Positions 40,216 through 48,744 of a DNA stretch of 64,000 nucleotides are shown one piece after another. Below the pieces are notes generated by a model that saw nothing but the letters and a program-made list of their open reading frames with translations, was not told the origin of the DNA and searched no databases. The translations under genes were made by a program, and so were the position numbers. Positions within the stretch are counted from its first letter, which is position 1. Every line of letters starts with the position of its first letter. The DNA is taken from the NCBI GenBank assembly GCA_963816185.1, contig CAWFJJ010000008.1, positions 64,001-128,000 of the forward strand. The letters are read 5' to 3'. This stretch comes from Thermoanaerobaculia bacterium (GTDB lineage Bacteria > Acidobacteriota > Thermoanaerobaculia > UBA5066).

Positions 40216-42192
40216 ATGAACGTCAAATTTTTGTCGGTTGCAGGAGTCGTGGTGGCTCTCGGGTTGTCAGTGCCGGCACTCGGACAAAACAACCCGCCGC
40301 TGCGCACGGGTTTCCCGCTCTTCATCAACGGCGGTGGAACACCTTACGGCCAGACGGTCGTCGCCGACCTCAAGTGGCCCGCGCCGTACGACCAGTACAA
40401 GTCGATCATCTTCACCTCCTGGAATCAGGCCACGTCTCAAGCATGGCTCTATGTCGTGCGATTCAACGGGACCAGCGCCTCCGTTCCGGCTCCGTTTCCG
40501 ATCGCGATGCCGACGCTCTGTGCCGGCAACCCGGCGGTGGGGGACCTCGACAACGACGGCGTTCCGGAGATCGTCGTTCCTTATGGCTCACAGTACCGAG
40601 ACAATTTCGTCGGCGGCGTGCGAGCGTACCGGCGGGACGGCACGCAGATGTGGGACTACCCGAGCTCGAACAACCCTCCGAGCTGCTGCGGCGCCGACTT
40701 TCCCTACGGTGTCGTCGGCAGCCCGGCGATCGCCGACGTCGACGGAGACGGATTCGTGGAGGTCGCGTGGGGGTCCTTCGACGGGAAGGTCTACCTCGTT
40801 GACGGGCGAACCGGCGCGAACAAGGCCGGTTGGCCGATCTTCGTCGGCGACACGATCTGGTCTTCACCCGTCCTCTTCGATCTCGATGGCGATGGGAAGA
40901 AGGAAGTCATCATCAGCGTCGACGACGGGCCCCAGAACGGGGGCACCCTCCACGTCTTTCGCCACGACGGAACGGGCGGCGGCGCGCCGGGAATGGTCCC
41001 GGTCCCGGAACTGCCGGGTTTTCCGATCGACTACGACCAGGCACTTTACAGCGCACCCGCAGTCGGCGACATCGACGGGGACGGGAAGCCCGAGATCGTC
41101 TTCGGGACAAGCACCTTCTACGGTAACCCTGCGCCCTGTGGAAGCGGCATCCCGCCCCTGCGCGCACGCCGCGTCTACGCCGTGAAGTGCGATGGATCCT
41201 CGGTTCCCGGCTGGCCCGTCACGACGGACGGTGAGGTCCGCACGACGCCGGCGCTCGCCGACGTCGACCTCGACGGCATCGTCGACGTCGTCGCCACCGA
41301 CATCGACTGCTCGACCGGGACACCGAAGAATTTCAAGGTCTATGGCTTCAAGGGAACCGGCTTGCAGCTCTTCAAGGCGACACCCCTTTCGTTCAGCGGC
41401 GTCAACCTGAACGCAGGCGATCCTGTGGTCGCCGACGTCCTCGGGGACGGGAAGCCCGAGATCCTCGTCCCGACGAACACGGAGATCGCCGTCTTCACGA
41501 ACACGGGGACACAGCTCACGCACAGCACCGGCTTCTCTCCACCGCCGCCTCCTGGTGTCTCGAGCTTTTACACGCCGACGTCGGTCTCTGGTGCCGTGGT
41601 CTCCTCGATGAAAGTCAGTCCGTCGTCGACCGACCCCGTGGACGTCATCGTGGTGTCCGCGTCGGACTTCCCGACGGCCTCCAACACACAAGTGACGGTG
41701 TGGAACCCGAAGATGAACCCTCTGCCCGCTCCGACGTGGGGAATGGTCCGGCAGAATCCGGCCAGAACGGCGGTCGTTCCGGGAACGCTTTCCTGTACGG
41801 CGGTGCCGCCGGTCGCGACGAAGTTCTACGTCCTTTCGCCCTGTCGCGCCTTCGACACCCGGAATCCCGCGGGGCAATTCGGCGGGCCCGCGATAGGCGC
41901 TTCCTCGAGCCGGACCTTCGATCTGGCCGGGATCTGTGGTATTCCGTCCGACGCGAAGTCCATCTCGATCAACGCGACAGTCGTAAATCCCCCGGCAGCG
42001 GGGTTCCTCGTCCTGTATCCCGCCGGCATGGGGCGCCCATCCTCGAGCACGATCAACTTCTGGCCTGGACAGACGAGAGCGAACAACGCGCTCATCCGGC
42101 TCTCCTCGGACGGCCTCGCCGGTCTCGTCGTGACGAACGGAAGTCCGGCGCCGACCGACGTCGTGGTCGACGTAAGCGGCTATTTCAAGTAG
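40216..42192 (+). CDS. Secreted FG-GAP/VCBS repeat protein + shared C-terminal domain
   Basis: Signal peptide; repeated PAxxDxDGDGxxEIV Ca-binding blades; ends DVSGYFK. Confidence 0.9.
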   Translation: MNVKFLSVAGVVVALGLSVPALGQNNPPLRTGFPLFINGGGTPYGQTVVADLKWPAPYDQYKSIIFTSWNQATSQAWLYVVRFNGTSASVPAPFPIAMPTLCAGNPAVGDLDNDGVPEIVVPYGSQYRDNFVGGVRAYRRDGTQMWDYPSSNNPPSCCGADFPYGVVGSPAIADVDGDGFVEVAWGSFDGKVYLVDGRTGANKAGWPIFVGDTIWSSPVLFDLDGDGKKEVIISVDDGPQNGGTLHVFRHDGTGGGAPGMVPVPELPGFPIDYDQALYSAPAVGDIDGDGKPEIVFGTSTFYGNPAPCGSGIPPLRARRVYAVKCDGSSVPGWPVTTDGEVRTTPALADVDLDGIVDVVATDIDCSTGTPKNFKVYGFKGTGLQLFKATPLSFSGVNLNAGDPVVADVLGDGKPEILVPTNTEIAVFTNTGTQLTHSTGFSPPPPPGVSSFYTPTSVSGAVVSSMKVSPSSTDPVDVIVVSASDFPTASNTQVTVWNPKMNPLPAPTWGMVRQNPARTAVVPGTLSCTAVPPVATKFYVLSPCRAFDTRNPAGQFGGPAIGASSSRTFDLAGICGIPSDAKSISINATVVNPPAAGFLVLYPAGMGRPSSSTINFWPGQTRANNALIRLSSDGLAGLVVTNGSPAPTDVVVDVSGYFK

Positions 42193-42207
42193 TCGGTGCG
42201 GTCCGGC

Positions 42208-42225
42208 GACCCGCAAGGGCGGGTC
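42208..42225. terminator. GC hairpin between convergent genes
   Basis: GACCCGC-aagg-GCGGGTC; no U-tract. Confidence 0.4.
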
Positions 42226-42273
42226 CGGCAAGCAGAACCGGCCCGGTCCGCCATCGCCCTCTCCGAACCGCGT

Positions 42274-42933
42274 TCATGCCGCTTTCACGGCAACGAGCCA
42301 TGTCTGACCTCCCAGAAACCACCACGCCGGACGACAGAGCAGATACGCTCGGACGAGCCACGGCTTCTGGGGTAGGCGGCTCCGGGTCGTGTACGGCAAG
42401 AACCGGGGAATTACCTCCTGAACGGTGAACCCCGAGATCTCGCACGCTTCAGCCAGCGATCGGTCCGTGAGCGCAACATGATGGTCGATGAAGTTCCAAT
42501 AGGCGCCTCCGACGAGCCGGATGTTGGGTTGGAGGACTAGCAAGCGTCCTCCAGGGCGAAGCACGGTGCGGATCTCCGCGAGCGTCGTCTCCAGGGCCGC
42601 CTTGTCCGGGAGGTGTTCGAAGAAGTTGCTGCAGAACACGATATCGACCGAATCAGACGCCACGCGTGTCGAGAGCTCTTGGCTCGGAACGATGATTTCA
42701 TCGGTGCCGGTCGGCAAGTGCCTCCCGGATATCTCTTCGATGTCGACTGCAATCCTGTGCCGACACTGGATATGTCGAAGGAACTCTCCGAAGCCGGCTC
42801 CGAGATCGAGGACGACATCCCCCGCCTTTACGTATCGCTGGAAGAAATGTCGGCAGAGCACTTGCCAGACAGCGTCTTTCGCATCCCGCTCGACTTCGGG
42901 GAAGCGAACACTGTAGATACGGTCGCGTCTCAT
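42274..42933 (-). CDS. Class I SAM methyltransferase
   Basis: VLDLGAGFGEF, SNFFEHL, VLRPGG, DHH, FLPY. Confidence 0.88.
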   Translation of the reverse strand: MRRDRIYSVRFPEVERDAKDAVWQVLCRHFFQRYVKAGDVVLDLGAGFGEFLRHIQCRHRIAVDIEEISGRHLPTGTDEIIVPSQELSTRVASDSVDIVFCSNFFEHLPDKAALETTLAEIRTVLRPGGRLLVLQPNIRLVGGAYWNFIDHHVALTDRSLAEACEISGFTVQEVIPRFLPYTTRSRLPQKPWLVRAYLLCRPAWWFLGGQTWLVAVKAA

Positions 42934-42972
42934 CGGCTGGATCCATGAGCCGCACGTTTCACGGCTTGTTGG

Positions 42973-43768
42973 CTAGCGGTGGTCGGAATCGGTGCTTTGG
43001 CCAAGGGTTCTTACCCGTTTGTAGTCGCCCCGGCTGAAGTATTTTTCGAGCCAGACGTAGAAAATGATAAAGAGGTATCTGCTTCCCATCTCCTTGAGCT
43101 TGAGCTTCGCCTCGCCAGTCCGGCGATTCCGCCAAGTGATCGGCATCGTAGTCCAGGAAAAACCCCGAACGATGGCTTTGAGGGGAAGCTCAACGGTCAG
43201 GTTGAAGTGCGGAGAGATGAAGGGGCGGCAACCGTCGATCACACACCGGCGATAGGCCTTGAAAGCGTTGGTCGTGTCGTTGAGGGGGATCCTGAAGAGA
43301 ATTCGGATAAAGAAGTTGGCAAGCCGGTTCAGGCGGAGCTTAAGACGCGGATAATCAATGACCCCGCCGCCCGGGAGAAAGCGGCTGCCGAAGACGCACT
43401 CCCAACCTTCATTCAGCTTCTGCCAGTATCGAACCGCATCGCGACAGTCGTCGCTCTCGTCGGCCATTACGATCGCTATGGCGTCGCCTGTGGCGGCATC
43501 GAGCCCGCGCGCCACCGCACGGCCGAAACCGTGAGCGCCGTCATTCCGGATGGGCGTGACGACGCCCAGGCGGCCGCGCAGGTCCTCGAGAATCTCCGGT
43601 GTTCCATCGCTGCTGCCGTCGTCGACCACGATGATCTCGTGCTCGATGCCGTGAAGGCGAAGTTCGAGATGGAAGTGCTCCACGGTCGAGGCGAGGCAGC
43701 CCCCCTCGTCTCGGGCGGGAATGACTATGGAGAGTTTCTTTAGAGGTGGAAGCGAAGAGTCCGCCATG
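42973..43768 (-). CDS. GT2 DPM1-like polyprenyl-phosphate glycosyltransferase
   Basis: SIVIPARDE, VVDDGSSD, MAD, FGSRF, DTTNAFKAY. Confidence 0.9.
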
Positions 43769-43788
43769 CAGGGTGTCGACATGTCACG

Positions 43789-44859
43789 TCAACGATCGGC
43801 GCAAGTCTCGAGCCAGTCGGGATGGCAGCGTGCATGCTCGAGGATCTCCTCGAGAATGGAATCTGTGGACCTCTGGGGAGTCCACGCCCAGGCCGCGGCG
43901 GCGCGACCGGAATCGAGCACGATCCAGGGAATGTCATAAGAACGGGAGCGGGTGTCGACGGAGATCGCCCGCGGTCCCATACGCTCCTCGCACCAGCGGC
44001 TCAGCTGTCGGAGCGAGGTTGCCGAAGCGCGACCGCCCGAGACGTTGACGACGCGAGGCCGGAGCGCCCCGGATTCAGCGAGCTGACGCTCGATGAAGGG
44101 AACGAGATCTGCGGGATGAAGGCAGTCACGCACCTGATGGCCTTCGCCATCAAAACCGATGTATTTAAGGGGCGCTGCGCGAAGCCACGAGTTGATCCAA
44201 TAGGAAAAGATCCCTTGATCCGGTCGGCCGAACTGTCCGGCGCCTGCGAGGACGCCACAGCGATTGATCCAGACCGGAAACCCAAAGAGGCTGCCATATT
44301 CAAGAGCAAGGTGTTCGCTGGCGAGCTTCGTGACGCCGTAGAGCGAGACGGGAGGAGCGGTCGAAAACTCTTCGGTGACCCCTTCGGGCCCGACGTGTAG
44401 TGGCCATGTCCGGGCAGGATCGAGCTCGAAAGCCTCGTTGACGACTCGGATGGGCAATGTGGCGAGCGGCGGAATGGAGTAGACCCGACTCGTACTCAGT
44501 AGGATAAAGGTGGCGGAGCTCCGACGGCAGAGTTCCAGAAGATTCAGAGTTCCGAGCAGGTTGTGCTCGACGAGCTGGCGAGAGGTGGTTCTCCCGTCGG
44601 CTGCCGCCAGCACACTGGGGTTCGCGGCCGCATCGACGACGGCATCGACGTCGGGCAGGCTCTCGACGTCGCTGGCAGATCTAAGGTCGCCATGAATCAG
44701 ATTCACACCGAGGCGGCGAAGCCTGATGCGGTTTGTCTCGCTGCCAGGCCGGGTCAGGTTGTCGATTCCCGTGAAAGTATGCCGGGCCCCGGCCTCGACC
44801 CAAGTTGAGATGAGCGTCGAGCCGACGAAGCCGCAGGCTCCCGATACAAGAAGCCTCAC
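43789..44859 (-). CDS. NAD-dependent epimerase (CDP-paratose 2-epimerase-like)
   Basis: [25 protein letters not shown]. Confidence 0.88.
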   Translation of the reverse strand: MRLLVSGACGFVGSTLISTWVEAGARHTFTGIDNLTRPGSETNRIRLRRLGVNLIHGDLRSASDVESLPDVDAVVDAAANPSVLAAADGRTTSRQLVEHNLLGTLNLLELCRRSSATFILLSTSRVYSIPPLATLPIRVVNEAFELDPARTWPLHVGPEGVTEEFSTAPPVSLYGVTKLASEHLALEYGSLFGFPVWINRCGVLAGAGQFGRPDQGIFSYWINSWLRAAPLKYIGFDGEGHQVRDCLHPADLVPFIERQLAESGALRPRVVNVSGGRASATSLRQLSRWCEERMGPRAISVDTRSRSYDIPWIVLDSGRAAAAWAWTPQRSTDSILEEILEHARCHPDWLETCADR

Positions 44860-45911
44860 GAACTTTCCCGCCGGCGCCACGCCTCGACGATCTGCCGGAT
44901 GGTCTCTTCGAGCGAGATCGTGACGTTCCACGCTGGAAAGTGGCTTCGCATCTTTCTGAGATCGCTGTAATAGCAGATGTGATCCCCGACCCGGTTCGTT
45001 TCGAGGTAGGTGAAGACTTGCCGTTTTCCCGTGAAAGCTTCTGTGAGAGTGAACGCTTCGAGAATGCTGCAGGAGTTCGCCTTTCCCCCTCCGAGGTTAT
45101 ATACCTCGCCGGCGCGGGGGCTCCGGATGAACTCGAGGATGAAGCGCGCGACGTCCACGCTGTGGATGTTGTCTCGAACCTGTTTCCCCTTGTAGCCGAA
45201 GATTTTGTAGTCGCGACCTTCAAGGTTGCACTTCACCAGGTAACTCAGAAAGCCGTGAAGCTCGACACCGGTGTGGTTCGGTCCAGTCAGGCAGCCACCC
45301 CGGAGGCAACACGTTGGCATGTTGAAATAGCGCCCGTACTCCTGCACCATGATATCGGCGGCGACTTTGCTGGCTCCGAAGAGGCTGTGGAGGCTCTGAT
45401 CTATCGAGAACGATTCGGGGATCCCCTCGGCATAAGCGGGATCCCCATAGTCCCAGCGAGTCTCAAGTTCTTTAAGGGGAATGAGGTTGGGCGCGTCTCC
45501 GTAGACCTTGTTCGTACTCAGGTAAACGAAAGGTGCTTGAGGGCAGTGGCGTCGCGCTGCCTCAAGAAGATTGATGGTTCCGACGGCGTTCGTGTCGAAG
45601 TCGTCGAAGGGGATTGCCGCGGCACGGTCGTGGGAGGGCTGGGCGGCCGCGTGAACGATGGCATCGGGGCTGAGGGCTGCCACGAGTCGCAGAAGGCCTT
45701 CACGGTCCCGCACGTCGAGCTCGTGGTGGACGAAACCGGGAACATCACGGGAAAGCCGGGCCTGGTTCCAGCGTGTGTCTCCGGGCGGGCCGAAAAACAC
45801 GGCCCGCTGGTTGTTGTCGACGCCATGGACCTTGAAGCCTGTCAAGGCGAGGTAGGCCACGACCTCGCTTCCGATAAGCCCAGAGGATCCCGTGACGAGG
45901 GCAGTCTTCAT
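44856..45911 (-). CDS. NAD-dependent epimerase-like paralogue (CDP-paratose 2-epimerase family)
   Basis: GSSGLIG, AAQPSHD, STNKVYG, FGASK, GKQVRD, GDHICY. Confidence 0.88.
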   Translation of the reverse strand: MKTALVTGSSGLIGSEVVAYLALTGFKVHGVDNNQRAVFFGPPGDTRWNQARLSRDVPGFVHHELDVRDREGLLRLVAALSPDAIVHAAAQPSHDRAAAIPFDDFDTNAVGTINLLEAARRHCPQAPFVYLSTNKVYGDAPNLIPLKELETRWDYGDPAYAEGIPESFSIDQSLHSLFGASKVAADIMVQEYGRYFNMPTCCLRGGCLTGPNHTGVELHGFLSYLVKCNLEGRDYKIFGYKGKQVRDNIHSVDVARFILEFIRSPRAGEVYNLGGGKANSCSILEAFTLTEAFTGKRQVFTYLETNRVGDHICYYSDLRKMRSHFPAWNVTISLEETIRQIVEAWRRRESS

Positions 45912-46029
45912 CGGCTATTCTCCGAAAAGGTAACGTAGTCGAAGGCGATTCTACGGTAGCCATGTCACTATCGCGGGCTGGTCGAGATGGGGCAGGGCTT
46001 CCCTCGCCGGGCCCCCGCGCCGATAATCC

Positions 46030-46261
46030 CGATGGCACCGCCCCGGTCGACTATCGCCAGCTCGTCTCCTGGGTTCGCGCGGCGACGCTGATCATTACGG
46101 ACAACGGCGGAATTCCGGAGGAGGCGCCTACGTTCGGGAAGCTGACCCTCGTCGTTCGAGACACCACGGAGCGGCCGGAAAGGATCGAGGCCGGCATAGC
46201 ACGTCTCGTCGGAACGGACGAGGATCGGATCTTCATGCCATTCCGGGCCCCCGGCGCGTGA
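46030..46261 (+). pseudogene. wecB: C-terminal fragment of UDP-GlcNAc 2-epimerase
   Basis: IITDNGGIPEEAPTFGK..LVVRDTTERPE..EAG..RLVGTD; N-terminal three quarters absent. Confidence 0.75.
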
Positions 46262-48721
46262 TGGCTCGCCGACGTGGCCGCGACCAGGCGCCTCAATCGC
46301 CTCGTCGGGCGAGCACGGGACCGGTACCGACGCGGGAGGTCGCTCGTGCGACCGCTGTGCTTGCGCTCGCCCTCTCGATTCTGTTTGGAAATATCGTGTT
46401 TCTTGGTAAATCGCTTGTCTATTCGGACAATTTCAATCCGCTCGCCCCGGAGCCCCGGGCGGAGAATTACGGCGAACGGTTCGTTCCACCTTCAGTCTGG
46501 TTCGACCGGGGCCTGAGGCTGGATCCCAATTTTCACGACCCGGGGGCCGCACTTTACCAATGGGAACCAGCGGGCGAGATCCTCAGACAGTGTCTCAGGG
46601 CGCGGGAGTGGCCTTTTTGGGATCCATACGTCGGCGGTGGCGCGCCGCTGATGGCGAATCTGACCGCCGGCTTCTTCTTTCCGCCCTATCTCGCGGTGAT
46701 TGCGCTCGGGAACTCGTCGCTGCTGAAGAATCTCTACTTCCTGGGAATGCTTCTGTTGTCGGGTTCGACGTGTTACGCATTTTTGAGAAAGCACGGACTG
46801 TTCCGCGCGCCGTCGTTCCTCGGTGCGGCCGGGTGGATGCTGAGCGGCGGTCTCGTGATGAACGTCGGGTCGTTCATCGGACACACGGCATGCTGCCTTC
46901 CGGTAGCCCTCCTCGGGACGCGATGGTTTCTGGACTCGCCCAGCCGTCGTCGGGCGGCGGTCCTCACCCTTCTTTTCGCCTCGATCGCGCTGGCCAGTTT
47001 TCCCCCGGTTCTTCTTGGAGTTTTCGGATTGGTCGTTATTTATGTGCTCTTCGATGCCTGGAGCGGCCGCGGGACGGACCTTGCGGACGAGCGAGCCCGG
47101 GGTCTCCTCCTCTTTGGCCTCGCCTCGGCGTTGGCGCTTGGCGTTGTCGCGTTTTACTACGTTCCGGGTGTGGTTGCCATGCGGATGGCGCCGCAGCTTT
47201 CGCAGGTGTACGACACGGCGGCACGGGTTCATCTCGACCCAGTCGCGCTGGTCAGCCTGATTTCGCCGTACGTGCTGGAGCCGCTTTGGCTCTTCACCGT
47301 GCCGGGAGCCACCCGGCAGATCAGTCCGCAGTTGAGTTTCGTCGGTGTCGTGATCCTCCTTCTCGCGAGCCTGGCCCGGCCGCTCGCCGAAAGGAGGGCG
47401 AGGGCACTCTGGTGGACGCTGCTGGTGGGCGGGGGGCTGATTGTTCTAAAAGTGTTTGGCGTGCCGCCGGTGGAATGGGTGGCATTCCTGCCAGGGCTTC
47501 GGGCGATCCATTTCGCGCAGTATTTCGGCATCTTTCTCTGCTTTGTTCTCGCCGGGCTGGCGGCCTTCGGGTTGCAGGCTTTCGAGGAGGCGAAGGTCGG
47601 GACGAGGAGGCTGTACGGTGCGGCGTTGGTGGCAGCGGTCATGTTCGGGGGCTCGGTCTGGGTCGGTCAGAGCCTCGGGATCCTGCACAGCGCAGCCGCC
47701 CGGCGGTGGGTGATCCGAATGTCGATCCGGATGCTCGTGGCTGCAATAGTCCTGACGATACTCATTCTCGGTCGATTTCGAGCGCGATTTCGAATGGCAA
47801 CGGCGACGTCCGTCGTTCTGGCGGGAGCCTTTCTACTTGAAGCGTTCAGCAATGTCAGCTTTTCAAGGCAGTTTCGGTGGAATGTCTGGCAGAGTCCGCC
47901 GGGCTATGTTCGGTATTTGGCGGGCGCAAGGAGGGCTTGAGCGGGTGCTCCCCTTCGGCGCCCTTCCGGCAAATGCGAATTCGCCGTTTGGAATTTCGAG
48001 CGTTGAGTCCCTGATGGCGTTCAATCCGGGCCGGTCGTATGAATTCTTCAGGAAGTACTTCAAGTCGGATGAGCCGCTGTTTCTTCGCGGGCCGAAAGTA
48101 ATTCCGCCCGAGCCCGTCTTGGACGCGGCAGCGGTCCGTTTCGTGGCGATGCACGAGAGTGCCAAGGATCCGATCGAGGAGGTCCGTCGGCGCGGCTATG
48201 CCCTTCGTTACCGGGAGAGTACGTACCTGGTGTTCGAGCGGGATACCCTTCCACGCTACCGGTTCACGAATGACGTGGAATTCGCTCCGCCGGATGCCGA
48301 TCTGGGGAAGATGGCGGAGGCGGCCCCTCGAGGCCGGATTCGGGTCGAGGAGAGTCAGTTTGCGAGCGGGCCTGCTGAAAGTATGGATCGGGGTGGCATC
48401 GTTCGCGTATTGGAGTTCAATCCCAACCGGGTCGTTCTCGACGTCGAGGCTCCGGGACCCGGGCTCGTATATTGTGCCGACGCCATGGCCCCGGGGTGGA
48501 GAGTCTTCCGGAACGATTCAGAAACGCGCTTCATCCGTGCGAACTTCGCGTTTCGCGCCGTACCGGTCGAGAGGGGTCACTCGATCATCCGAATGGAATA
48601 CGAACCGCCGGGACTTCGACCGGGGCTGGTTCTGACTGCGATTGCGTTGTTGTCAACCGTGATCCTTGCCCGCCCGTACAGGTGGCCGGTCCGGTCGTCA
48701 CGGCTCCGCGACAAAAAATAG
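46261..48721 (+). CDS. YfhO-family GT-C membrane protein (indel near 47930)
   Basis: WPFWDPY..GG.PL.AN, many TM helices; C-terminal PGW...RAN..FRAV.V..G...I...YEP plus TM. Confidence 0.82.
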
Positions 48722-48744
48722 CCGGTGCCGTGCAGATGTTCCCG

